Of a stretch of 64,000 bases of DNA, positions 27,065 through 36,555 are shown piece by piece (within the stretch, counting starts at the first letter, position 1; the number at the start of each line of letters is the position of its first letter). The position numbers and the translations under genes are program-made. Source of the DNA: Acutalibacteraceae bacterium (GTDB taxonomy: Bacteria; Bacillota; Clostridia; Oscillospirales; Acutalibacteraceae); assembly GCA_045652065.1 (NCBI GenBank), contig JAZRTO010000047.1, positions 2,352 to 66,351 of the forward strand, in the 5' to 3' direction. The notes beneath the pieces were generated by a model. The model did not search any database and had not been told where the DNA came from. It saw nothing but the letters and a program-made list of their open reading frames with translations.

Positions 27065-30000
27065 ATGAAAAACAAAGTTAAACAAATTATATCACTCATG
27101 CTTTCATTATTTATAATAATCGGTATGATCCCTGTAGGGGTGTATGTTGCAGATGCTGCAACACCTACCGTTAAAATTGTAAGCTTTATGCGAGGAGAGC
27201 AGACTGATCTGCGCTCCAGTGAGCTTTTAGAGGCACGAGTTGAAGGCTACAACGGTAATGTCCGTGAGCTTACATACAAGTGGTCTACCACGCTCGGAAC
27301 ATATCTTTATGTTTACAACTCACACAATATGTACCACATCAGAAACACTCCTGGTGAAGTAGAGGTTTACAACAGTAAGCTTTTGTTGCCTACTCCTGAC
27401 ATGGTCGGAAGATATTATGCTAATGAATTTTCCGGTACTGGTTATGTTTGGGCGGCAGTTCACAGCAACAGCCTTTATGACAAGAGTCAGCTTGTAGGTG
27501 CTGTTACCGTTAATGTTTATGATAAAGATGGAAATCTTCTTTGCTCCGATAGTCACGAGGGTAAGCTTGTTGACGGCAAAAATACAGGTTTTCTCAATTA
27601 CGATATCGAACAGGATCTTGATAATGTTGTCATCGGCTTGTTTGAGGGTGACAAAAGAAATGTTAAAGATCTTCTCGGTGAAAGTGCTATAGTTCATATT
27701 GTTTGTATCGCAAGTACTGTTATGGCAGGCAAAATTACAAGCGGTGCTGAATATATCGAGCTTACAAAAGAAAATGGTGACTACTATATCACCGGTACAA
27801 CAGCAGGAACAGGCACCGGTTCAACAGGTGATGCCCTTGTTGACCTTACTATTCAGAAGACCAACTGTAAATTCCATAAAAACAGTTACGGTAATGCAGA
27901 AACGACTGTTTTTGTGTTCAAAAAGCCGACAACATCCACAACAACTACAACTCTTACTCTCAGCAATTTAGATGATCGTTGCGATTACTTTATCGATGGT
28001 GTGCAGGGTACAAAGGAAGGCGATACTGTTGTTTTTACAGGTCTTACACCTAACACCAGCTATGCAGTAGAGGTTCGCGGCAAATACGAAGACAACAGCG
28101 GTGCCGAAAAGTATGCTTATGCTTTTGTTTACGATACAACAAAGCCTGCTTATAAAGCAACTATTAAAACATATCTTGACGGTGCTCTTACAGATATTTC
28201 CGCTATTCACGGTGAAGATGTAAATCTTTATCTTCATGAAGATAAAACAGGTGCAGCCTATATCCAGCTTACCAAGACTGATATCGGCACATATACTGCT
28301 GCCGTAGAAAACGGTATATATTTCCCCTGGCATATTGAAGCAGGTGACCACTATCATCAGGCAAGAGAGTATAAGCTCATTATTGAAAATGCCAATGCTG
28401 AATTAAGTCTTCATCACTACAGTGTAAAATATGATACCAACGGAGGCACTTTTAAGGCAGACGAAGGTGTTACAACAGAAATATATTCAAGCATGTCTGC
28501 TGTTAACTCGACAAATAATATGCCTGTGCGCGACGGCTTCATTTTTGCCGGTTGGGAATATAACGGACAGACCTATGCTTCCGGTGCAGAGGTTACATCA
28601 GCCATTTCTTCTCCTATTACATTGAAAGCAAAATGGGAAAAGGCTGTCAATGTTACAATCAATGTTACAATCGATCATAAGTATGATGATGGCGACAACA
28701 GGGGTTACGATCATAACGAAACAAAGGACGAGCTTGTTGTTGATTTTCTTGAAATGGCTGTAGATTCACCCGCTTTCATTGAAACAGGTGACAGACTCCA
28801 TTTCTCTAAAGAGGGTGTTACTGATGAAAACGGTAATGCCAAGGCTTATGAATATTTTCCTACCGTTCAGGGCGATGCGGTTCTTGAAACAAAGTACACT
28901 GCAACAGATTATACATACAGCGGGCTTCTCGAAAGCTCAGCATTCGGTGTAGCAGTAAGCAAGTCAGGCTACGATGTCGGTGAAATCAAAAAGTATCAGG
29001 ATAAGAGTGGAAATTGGATTATCGATATCCCTCTTACATATAACCCTGACGACTTTGACCTGGAGTTCAGTGTCAAAATGGACGAAAGCGTACCCGTTGA
29101 GCTTTATCCCGAAGCAGTAATTGTAAAGATTGCTTGCTGGGATGAAAATACAAATCAGTGGCTTATTATTTCACAGCAGAGAACAACTGAAAGCACACAA
29201 AGACCCGGTGTCCGTGTTGAAATCGACAAGAATACAGGTGAAGGCTATGGCTCATATCCCGTATGGAAGCACGATGCCAATAACAATCCCTACGGCTACC
29301 GTGCAGTAGTAGCAGGCTTTATCTATGAGGGATCTACAGTTGTTGTTCCCACAGAAAAAGACCATATCAAAGACGAAAATACTGTTATCATCACTTATAC
29401 AGACGGCAACTACACCGCTACAATGGGTAATATTGATGACGGTAAAAAATACAGCACATCACTCAACGGTGCTTACTTTAATGATAGTGAAAATAAGCAG
29501 CAGGGCACTCTTGACGGTGTAATCACAGTAGAAAGATATAATGTAACCTTTGATGCTCAGGGTGGTAAAGTAAATAGTAAGGATGTTGATATTGCTGAAA
29601 ATCAGTATTATGTACCTGATTTTGACGCTTATGCTCCTACTATGGAAAACCACAGCTTCCTTGGCTGGTATCTTGATGCTGAATGCACAATTCCCGCAAC
29701 AGAAGGTGAGCTTCTCACAGAGGACATAACCCTTTATGCAAAATGGGATCGTGTGCTTACCGGTACTCTTATTGTTGACGGATATTTTGACAGCACACAC
29801 ATTGTAAATCAGCAGGACCGTGCAACTCATGCCCTGGTTGAGCTTGAAGAAATAACAAATGACGGTACATATAATATTGCAGGGCAGATTGTAGAAATTA
29901 ACTGGATCCCGGACAAGCATTTCAGCGAACCCGTTGATTACAGATTTGAGGGGCTCGATCCCGATAAGTCCTACCGTATTGATGTTTATCTTGTGAACTA

Positions 30001-32215
30001 TGAGGCTGCATATCAGAATGCCGCTACCGTAATAAACGGCAATGATGATATTCACGATGACTATAACGAAAACGATTATAGGGCAGTTTATAACGACATC
30101 TATAAATATGAAACTTTTGTCAATACATTCCTGCATTTTGAGCCTGAGCTTTATTTCCAGGATGTAGAGGTTGATGCTACAGGAATTGGTGAAGGCTTCA
30201 GACCTCAGAATGTACTTGTTGAGTATTTAGGAAAAGAAGCAGGTACAGATGGCGAATACAGTGTCATTGTTCAGCACGAGTCTGAACCCTTCGGTGTTGA
30301 GGTCGGTATGGGGGCAGACGGTAAAAATGACGGTATTTACGGTTGTGATATCTGGAAGGAAATGTTTAACGGTAATCTTTACGATTATCAGGCAAACCTT
30401 ACAAAGATAGACGGACAAGATATTGATTCCTATGAAAATCCTGTCATTGTGGTTTACGGAGATGCGGTTCGCTGGAGCCCATATAATCAGACTCCTACGG
30501 ACAGTCTTAAGGTAACAATAATACCTATGTGGTATGATGTTGTTTACGATTGGAATGACGGTTCGGGCTATTCCGAAACAGTTTCCGGCGGACATGTATG
30601 GAGCCATGAAAGCAGAATTGACGACTCAATTATTCCTGAGAGAAAGGGTTACACTTTCCTGGGTTGGTTTGCGGATGCAGACGGAAGCGGCACTGAAGTG
30701 ACAACAATCGGTGCCGATGTAAAAACAAAAACCACCGTGTATGCAAAATGGGAAAAGACTCCCTTTAATTACACTGTAAATTATCTTGAAGAAGGCACTG
30801 ATAAGGTTCTGGCTGATGCCAAGACAGCAGAAGCATTATATCTGGATACTATTACAGAGGATGCAATTACAATTGACGGATACACAGTTTCAGGTGAAGC
30901 TGTAAAGTCTATTGTAATTGATACTGAAAACAATGTTATTAATTTCTACTATCTGGCAGATACAGTCGGTGGCGGCATTGCCGGAGATGAAAGTGACAGT
31001 ATTCCCGATAAGTTCCAGAAGAAGGTTATTTTTAAGGTTGTAAACGGTACATGGGAAGACGGAACAACTGCAGATAAGGCTACATTCCTTGAGCTTAAGA
31101 CTGACGGAAATTGGTCAGCCGACGGCACTGCTGAACTTACAGCTCCTACAGGAATGATAGCAAATGAAGGCTTCACAAAGGGTCAGTGGGATGTTGTACC
31201 TCCCTCAACTGTCAGCGGAACTGATACAGAGATTTATACATACACATTTGTAAGAGCTGCAACACCTGTTGAGCCTATTGACAGAGTAAGCTATATTATT
31301 GAGCATTACATTCAGAATGCAGACGGTACTTATCCTTCCGATGCTTCTGAAACAGAAATTCTTTCCGGAAATATTGGCGAAACTGTTACAGCGGTTCAGA
31401 AGCATTACGATGGATATATCTTTAATGACAGCTTATCAACAGTAAGCGGTGAGCTTGTTGCTGTAACGGAAGAATCAGATATTCTTGTTCTGAAGCTTTA
31501 TTATGATGTTGAGCCGGAAGAAGTGCCTGAGGAAACCACAGCACCCGATGAGTCTGAAGAGACAACAACCGTTCCCGGTGAATCCGAAGAAACTACTGCT
31601 CCCGGAGAGTCTGAGGAGACTACAACCGCTCCCGGTGAATCCGAAGAAACTACTGCTCCCGGAGAGTCTGAGGAGACTACAACCGTCCCTGGTGAATCTG
31701 AAGAAACTACTGTTCCCGGAGAGTCTGATGAAACAACAACTGTGCCCGGTACTCCTGATGTTCCCGGCACTCCCGATGTTCCCGGTACTCCCGATGTTCC
31801 CGGTGGAGATGCTGGCGGTATAGGTGGCGGAAATGCAGGCGGTAACGATGAATTCAAGCTGCATGTTGTTTTTGGTAAAACAGACGGAATCGGTTGGTAC
31901 TATGTTTCAACTGACGGCGGTGAAACATATCAGATAGTTTTCGGTAACTCTACCTTAGAGGTTGCTCCCGGTACACAGCTTATTATAAGTGTCGGTGATA
32001 TTATGGGTGACAGCTTTGTGTTCTATGTTAACGGCAATAAGGTGCATCCCGATGATGACGGAAAAATCACTGTTACTGTTGACTATTATATGCTTATAGG
32101 TGCACTCAGCACCGAGTTCGAGGCACCCGATGTTGAGGAATCTCTTAACTTCTTCCAGAAGATTATTAATGCAATCAAGGCATTTTTTGATATGATTGCC
32201 TCCTGGTTCAAATAA
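27065..32215 (+). CDS. Giant secreted/cell-surface repeat protein (1716 aa)
   Basis: Signal peptide. Three Listeria-Bacteroides (Flg_new) repeats ending in AKWEK or AKWD. Two MucBP-like modules (NYLEEGTDKVL and IEHYIQNADGTY). An E/T/P-rich tandem linker. No LPXTG motif or C-terminal TM helix. Confidence 0.8.
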   Translation: MKNKVKQIISLMLSLFIIIGMIPVGVYVADAATPTVKIVSFMRGEQTDLRSSELLEARVEGYNGNVRELTYKWSTTLGTYLYVYNSHNMYHIRNTPGEVEVYNSKLLLPTPDMVGRYYANEFSGTGYVWAAVHSNSLYDKSQLVGAVTVNVYDKDGNLLCSDSHEGKLVDGKNTGFLNYDIEQDLDNVVIGLFEGDKRNVKDLLGESAIVHIVCIASTVMAGKITSGAEYIELTKENGDYYITGTTAGTGTGSTGDALVDLTIQKTNCKFHKNSYGNAETTVFVFKKPTTSTTTTTLTLSNLDDRCDYFIDGVQGTKEGDTVVFTGLTPNTSYAVEVRGKYEDNSGAEKYAYAFVYDTTKPAYKATIKTYLDGALTDISAIHGEDVNLYLHEDKTGAAYIQLTKTDIGTYTAAVENGIYFPWHIEAGDHYHQAREYKLIIENANAELSLHHYSVKYDTNGGTFKADEGVTTEIYSSMSAVNSTNNMPVRDGFIFAGWEYNGQTYASGAEVTSAISSPITLKAKWEKAVNVTINVTIDHKYDDGDNRGYDHNETKDELVVDFLEMAVDSPAFIETGDRLHFSKEGVTDENGNAKAYEYFPTVQGDAVLETKYTATDYTYSGLLESSAFGVAVSKSGYDVGEIKKYQDKSGNWIIDIPLTYNPDDFDLEFSVKMDESVPVELYPEAVIVKIACWDENTNQWLIISQQRTTESTQRPGVRVEIDKNTGEGYGSYPVWKHDANNNPYGYRAVVAGFIYEGSTVVVPTEKDHIKDENTVIITYTDGNYTATMGNIDDGKKYSTSLNGAYFNDSENKQQGTLDGVITVERYNVTFDAQGGKVNSKDVDIAENQYYVPDFDAYAPTMENHSFLGWYLDAECTIPATEGELLTEDITLYAKWDRVLTGTLIVDGYFDSTHIVNQQDRATHALVELEEITNDGTYNIAGQIVEINWIPDKHFSEPVDYRFEGLDPDKSYRIDVYLVNYEAAYQNAATVINGNDDIHDDYNENDYRAVYNDIYKYETFVNTFLHFEPELYFQDVEVDATGIGEGFRPQNVLVEYLGKEAGTDGEYSVIVQHESEPFGVEVGMGADGKNDGIYGCDIWKEMFNGNLYDYQANLTKIDGQDIDSYENPVIVVYGDAVRWSPYNQTPTDSLKVTIIPMWYDVVYDWNDGSGYSETVSGGHVWSHESRIDDSIIPERKGYTFLGWFADADGSGTEVTTIGADVKTKTTVYAKWEKTPFNYTVNYLEEGTDKVLADAKTAEALYLDTITEDAITIDGYTVSGEAVKSIVIDTENNVINFYYLADTVGGGIAGDESDSIPDKFQKKVIFKVVNGTWEDGTTADKATFLELKTDGNWSADGTAELTAPTGMIANEGFTKGQWDVVPPSTVSGTDTEIYTYTFVRAATPVEPIDRVSYIIEHYIQNADGTYPSDASETEILSGNIGETVTAVQKHYDGYIFNDSLSTVSGELVAVTEESDILVLKLYYDVEPEEVPEETTAPDESEETTTVPGESEETTAPGESEETTTAPGESEETTAPGESEETTTVPGESEETTVPGESDETTTVPGTPDVPGTPDVPGTPDVPGGDAGGIGGGNAGGNDEFKLHVVFGKTDGIGWYYVSTDGGETYQIVFGNSTLEVAPGTQLIISVGDIMGDSFVFYVNGNKVHPDDDGKITVTVDYYMLIGALSTEFEAPDVEESLNFFQKIINAIKAFFDMIASWFK
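31550..31750 (+). repeat. In-frame tandem repeat, 57-nt period (30+27 nt), about 3.5 copies
   Basis: Alternating units ESEETTTVPG and ESEETTAPG. The units are near-identical at the nucleotide level. Confidence 0.9.
31751..31804 (+). repeat. In-frame tandem repeat, 18 nt, 3 copies (TPDVPG)
   Basis: ACTCC(T/C)GATGTTCCCGG(C/T) repeated three times. Confidence 0.9.
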
Positions 32216-32242
32216 GCGAAGCGAATTTATATGCATAATAAA

Positions 32243-32279
32243 AAATCTCCTTGCAGATTATTCTGCAGGGAGATTTTTA
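32243..32279 (+). terminator. Rho-independent terminator
   Basis: 13-bp stem AATCTCCTTGCAG/CTGCAGGGAGATT with one G-U pair, followed by TTTTT. Confidence 0.7.
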
Positions 32280-32356
32280 CTGTCTACGGGTAGTAGGTTG
32301 AAAGTTTTTTTGATCGGATATAAAATATATTCAGAATTATACAAGGAGAGATAATT

Positions 32357-32941
32357 ATGAACACTTATATAACCGGAACAACCATAAAAAGGCTGCGGGA
32401 GGAAAAGGGACTTACTCAACAGCAGCTGGCAGAAATGGTAGGTGTCAGCAGCAAGGCGGTATCAAAGTGGGAAACTGCCAAAGGTCTTCCCGATATTACA
32501 CTTATTGAGCCGATTTCCGTGGCTCTCGGTGTGTCTGTAATGGAGCTGATGTCAGGGGATACTGTAATAAATAAAAATGTATCTTCAAATATGCTCCACT
32601 CAAAATTTTATGTTTGTCCTATGTGCGGAAATGTTATAAGAGCAACGGGTGATGCACTTATAAGCTGTTGCGGAATAACACTTCCTGCTCTTGAAGCCGA
32701 GGAAACGGATACTACTCATCAAATTACTGTTGAAAGGGTAGAGGATGAGTATTTTGTTACGGTAAATCACGATATGACAAAAACTCATTTTATTTCGTTT
32801 ATAGCTCATATAACAACCGACAGAATTCATTTTCAGAAGCTTTATCCCGAGGGAAATGCCGAAACAAGATTCAGTCTTCGCGGCAGAGGATATCTTTATA
32901 TTTATTGCAACAGACACGGACTTATGAAAAAGAAGATATAA
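32357..32941 (+). CDS. XRE HTH domain fused to a desulfoferrodoxin (Dx + SOR-like) module
   Basis: N-terminal LTQQQLAEMVGVSSKAVSKWETAKG. A desulforedoxin-like CPMCGN...CCG motif. SOR centre II ligand pattern: H121, HDMTKTH (H138 and H144) and CNRHG (C184 and H187). Confidence 0.75.
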   Translation: MNTYITGTTIKRLREEKGLTQQQLAEMVGVSSKAVSKWETAKGLPDITLIEPISVALGVSVMELMSGDTVINKNVSSNMLHSKFYVCPMCGNVIRATGDALISCCGITLPALEAEETDTTHQITVERVEDEYFVTVNHDMTKTHFISFIAHITTDRIHFQKLYPEGNAETRFSLRGRGYLYIYCNRHGLMKKKI

Positions 32942-32976
32942 TTGAAAAAACGCTATGGCAGAAAACGATAATTTTC

Positions 32977-33756
32977 TTATGCAAAAAGCTTTATGAGATA
33001 GAGAATAAGCATATGTACGGGGTAAAATGCGTAGAAGCCGTATTGCAGTATTTTGTTTGAACGTCCCTTTCTTCCTCCGTAAATCCAAATAGGGATAAGT
33101 GAAAATACGGCAAAGCCCTGTGTCGGTATTTCAAAGGAGTGTCCGAATATTTCAACGGGAATAACAAGTCCCTCAAAGAACACGATATTGATAAGCACCA
33201 TAGCAACCAGCTGACACAGCCATGCAAAGGGGAAGTTTCTTAAAAGATAAAACATTACAACAGTAATCATCCCGAGGAAGCCGTAATCAACAAAACCGAT
33301 TACGGATGCTATTGAGATAAGCGCAAGCCACAGGGCAGACAGACCGATGCTTTTGGGAGTGTGATTTTTCTTCAGATTGTCAATAACGCGTATTGCAAGA
33401 AGTCCCAGAAGCAGTGTAAACAATACATTCTGATGATAGGGATTAAACCAGCGGCTGCTGTAAAAAAGATTGAAGGGTATTTCTGTTGCAACGGCGAATG
33501 CCAGTAATCTTAATGTATATTTTTTGAAATTTGAAGTATGTACAAAGCCTTCAGCAATAAGAAAAGCGAAGATGGGGAATGCCATTCTTCCGATGTATGT
33601 CATCCAGTTGCCAAAGCTCATTGCAGTAGCCCATATGTGGTCGCTGAGCATAAGAAGCACAGCAATTGCTTTAAGTGTGTTTGCCGTAATTCCGCCGAAG
33701 GGAATTTTAATCAACGGGCTGTTTTTTGGTAATCTGCTTTTGATTTCTTGAGTCAT
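32977..33756 (-). CDS. TraX family membrane protein
   Basis: NTLKAIAVLLMLSDHIW motif in a polytopic protein. The ATG at 33756 follows AAAGGAG, so the upstream TTG at 33783 is less likely. Confidence 0.75.
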   Translation of the reverse strand: MTQEIKSRLPKNSPLIKIPFGGITANTLKAIAVLLMLSDHIWATAMSFGNWMTYIGRMAFPIFAFLIAEGFVHTSNFKKYTLRLLAFAVATEIPFNLFYSSRWFNPYHQNVLFTLLLGLLAIRVIDNLKKNHTPKSIGLSALWLALISIASVIGFVDYGFLGMITVVMFYLLRNFPFAWLCQLVAMVLINIVFFEGLVIPVEIFGHSFEIPTQGFAVFSLIPIWIYGGRKGRSNKILQYGFYAFYPVHMLILYLIKLFA

Positions 33757-33916
33757 TTGAATTGCTCCTTTTTGTTTTGTCAAAGGTATTTTATCATATT
33801 AAGCTGAATATAACAACACCAATTGTAAATTCTGAATATCAATAATGTTAAAAATGCTTGTTGTATGTATTTTACTGTGATATACTTAAAATAAAGTAAA
33901 ATACGGAGGGAACATT

Positions 33917-35044
33917 ATGAGTAAATACGATATAGCAGCATTTATATGGCCTTCATATACGGGTGATGAGCCGCGTACACGTATTTTCTGGCCTGAAGGC
34001 TATGGTGAATGGCAGACAGTCAAGGCAATGACCGATAAAGGCTATAAGGGCTGCCGTTGGCCGAGAATTCCCACCTGGGGATATGTGAATGAGGCAGACT
34101 GCCGTGTTATGGAAATGCAGATAGACTGTGCAGTCTCTCACGGAGTAAACATGTTTATTTATGACTGGTACTGGTATGATAACCGTCCGTTTCTTGAAAA
34201 CTGCCTGAATGACGGATTTCTTAAAGCAAGAAACAACAAGGATATGAAGTTCTATCTTATGTGGGCAAACCATCACGCTACTCATCTCTGGGATAAAAGA
34301 AATTCCGATAGAGATCTTTCAACGGTTATATGGAGCGGTGTTGTAACCCCGAAAATTTTTGAGGAAATCTGTGACAGAACAATCAAAAAATATTTCAAAA
34401 AGGATAACTATTATAAAATTGACGGTTGTCCCGTTTATATGATTTTTGATCTTGATAATTTTATCCGTTCCTTCGGCACAACTCAGAACTGTAAGGAAGG
34501 ACTTGAGCTGTTCAGAAAAAAGACCGTTGAAGCCGGCTTCAGCGGACTGCATTTTCAGGTTGTTCATTGGAGCGGGCATACATACAATTGGCTCTCAGAC
34601 GATGACTTGAATAAAGGGGTATCGCTTTTTGATATTTATGACTATCTGGGGGTTGATTCCGTAACAAATTATAACTGGGGCGGATGTGCAAATTTTGACG
34701 GTGACTATACTGATATTACCGATGAATACTGCAACAACATTGTAAGTGAAGCCGAAAAAATGCATATTCCGTTTTATCCTAACATTTCCGTAGGCTGGGA
34801 TAATAATGTAAGATTCAATAAGTTTATGCCGGGTGTGGTTGAAAACAATACTCCCGAAAATTTCAAGGCTGCCTGCGAAAGAATCAAGACCTTTGCTGAT
34901 GATTCAATGGGAAAACGCATCATGAAGGCACCTCTCATTACGGTAAACAGCTGGAACGAGTGGACAGAAACCAGCTATCTTCAGCCTGATGACCTTTACG
35001 GCTACGGATATCTTGAAGCAATAAAAGATGTTTTTACTGACTGA
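33917..35044 (+). CDS. GH99-like / WbsX family protein
   Basis: AAFIWPSY...FWPEGYGEWQTV and HGVNMFIYDWYWY parallel the WbsX family signature. No signal peptide. Confidence 0.6.
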   Translation: MSKYDIAAFIWPSYTGDEPRTRIFWPEGYGEWQTVKAMTDKGYKGCRWPRIPTWGYVNEADCRVMEMQIDCAVSHGVNMFIYDWYWYDNRPFLENCLNDGFLKARNNKDMKFYLMWANHHATHLWDKRNSDRDLSTVIWSGVVTPKIFEEICDRTIKKYFKKDNYYKIDGCPVYMIFDLDNFIRSFGTTQNCKEGLELFRKKTVEAGFSGLHFQVVHWSGHTYNWLSDDDLNKGVSLFDIYDYLGVDSVTNYNWGGCANFDGDYTDITDEYCNNIVSEAEKMHIPFYPNISVGWDNNVRFNKFMPGVVENNTPENFKAACERIKTFADDSMGKRIMKAPLITVNSWNEWTETSYLQPDDLYGYGYLEAIKDVFTD

Positions 35045-35068
35045 TTGGTGTGTGAAAGGGTGACAGAT

Positions 35069-36415
35069 ATGAAAAAACTTATAACAACTGTTATTAAAAT
35101 TATCTGCGGTATTCTCGGGACTGTTATCGGAATTGCCGCACTGTGCTGTGTTGTGACTCTCGGCTGGTCTTTTGTTCAGATGTCAAGAGGTGAAGTGACG
35201 GAAGCTTTGCCCGTTACCCCCGATGACTTTATTCCCGAGGTCAGAATTATTACATTTACAGATACGCATAATGAAAATGAAAACGTTAAGAAAGCAATAA
35301 ATACCGCCTATGAGCTTTTTGATAAAGACAAGACCTATAAGGGAATTGATGCCTTCTTCGGACTTGGAGATTTCAGTTCAATAGGTACAGAAAATGATTT
35401 CATTGAATACAAAAAGGCACTTGACGAGTGTGTAAGAGAGGACACCGTTATTATAAATGTCCTCGGAAATCATGAAATGAAGCACGAAGCTTCGCCCGAC
35501 TATTTCAAAAAGCATTTCGGTCACGACGTAAACACCGTAACGGAGATAAACGGCTTTACCTGTATTGCTTTTTCGGGTGAACGCTGGCTTACCGAGTGGA
35601 CGGTTTCTGCTGACAGTCTTAAATGGCTTGATAAAGAGATAGAAAAGGCAGAAGAAACAGCAGGGGATAAGCCTGTTTTTGTTTTTCAGCATCCCCATCC
35701 CTTCGGTACTGTTTACGGTAGCACTATCTGGTGTAATCCTCAGCTGAATCCTGTTTTTTCTGGCCATAATAAAGTAATTAATTTTTCAGGACATTCACAT
35801 TTCCCTATGAATGACCCGAGAAGTATAAATCAAACAACATACACATCTGTTGGTGTGGGAGCTATGGCAAGGTTTGAGCTTGATAAGAATTATATAATTG
35901 GTCAGCATCCCGAAGGATATGAGGATGCATTACAGTTTGCCGTTATTGAAGCAGACAGTCAGGGGCGTGTCAGAATAAGAGGCTTCGATGTGCTTTCAGA
36001 AACATTTTTCTGTGATTATTTTATTGAAAATGTAAATGACCGTGATACCTTCGCTTATACATATAAAAATCTTAAGGCACACGATGAAGCCCCTGTTTTT
36101 TCAGATGAAATCAAGGTGTCTGTCTCAATGAATGAAGACAGCGGATACCGAGTATCCTTTACGGAAGCTGTTGCGAAAGATGGCTTTATCATTCATAATT
36201 ATACTGTAAAAATAAGTGATATGAAGGGCAAAGAGATATATAAGGAACAGTTTATTGCCGATTATTATATCATTGACGAAGATAAAACATCAGAATTCAA
36301 TGTGCCCTCGGGAATTCTTGAAAAAGGCGGACAATATACACTTGAGATAACAGCAGAAAGTGCATATCATAAAAAGCAGGCTTCATCGGCAATTATTTTT
36401 GACGTTGTCGGGTGA
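35069..36415 (+). CDS. Membrane-anchored metallophosphoesterase
   Basis: TM helix followed by calcineurin-like motifs FTDTH, GDFSS, GNHE, QHPHP and GHSHF, with a C-terminal beta-rich domain. Confidence 0.75.
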   Translation: MKKLITTVIKIICGILGTVIGIAALCCVVTLGWSFVQMSRGEVTEALPVTPDDFIPEVRIITFTDTHNENENVKKAINTAYELFDKDKTYKGIDAFFGLGDFSSIGTENDFIEYKKALDECVREDTVIINVLGNHEMKHEASPDYFKKHFGHDVNTVTEINGFTCIAFSGERWLTEWTVSADSLKWLDKEIEKAEETAGDKPVFVFQHPHPFGTVYGSTIWCNPQLNPVFSGHNKVINFSGHSHFPMNDPRSINQTTYTSVGVGAMARFELDKNYIIGQHPEGYEDALQFAVIEADSQGRVRIRGFDVLSETFFCDYFIENVNDRDTFAYTYKNLKAHDEAPVFSDEIKVSVSMNEDSGYRVSFTEAVAKDGFIIHNYTVKISDMKGKEIYKEQFIADYYIIDEDKTSEFNVPSGILEKGGQYTLEITAESAYHKKQASSAIIFDVVG

Positions 36416-36518
36416 GTACATTCCATTACAGATTTTAAGGCAGGATTAGTCTTAATGAAGGTTGATGCCATATAAGAAATGGTAGGTTACAGCGGTGTTG
36501 ATGTTGATTCAGGTGAGC

Positions 36519-36541
36519 ATTTATGTAAACTTTACATAAAT
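36519..36541. promoter_or_regulatory. Perfect 23-nt palindrome (candidate operator)
   Basis: ATTTATGTAAA-C-TTTACATAAAT, ending 14 nt upstream of the -35 box of the next promoter. Confidence 0.4.
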
Positions 36542-36555
36542 ATTTGTCTCTTTGC

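Noticed and set aside
29459-30136. 225-aa minus-strand ORF inside the surface-protein gene. Similar antisense ORFs lie at 19700..20167, 45011..45538, 54767..55240, 58651..59148, 32600..33088 and 51362..51712.
   Set aside because: Each lies antisense to, or overlaps, a gene with clear family motifs. None has an SD, and their composition is odd and low in complexity. They are typical spurious ORFs of AT-rich DNA.
31550-31804. Regularly spaced direct repeats that could superficially suggest a CRISPR array.
   Set aside because: The repeats are contiguous with no unique spacers, are in frame within a coding sequence, and have periods of 57 and 18 nt that encode a peptide linker. There are no cas genes.
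31475-31864. Minus-strand ORFs (129 aa and 118 aa) and a plus-strand alternative-frame ORF (31503..31823) across the E/T/P repeat region.
   Set aside because: They are artefacts of the low-complexity tandem repeat, which stays open in several frames. The region lies inside a 1716-aa ORF with coherent domain architecture.
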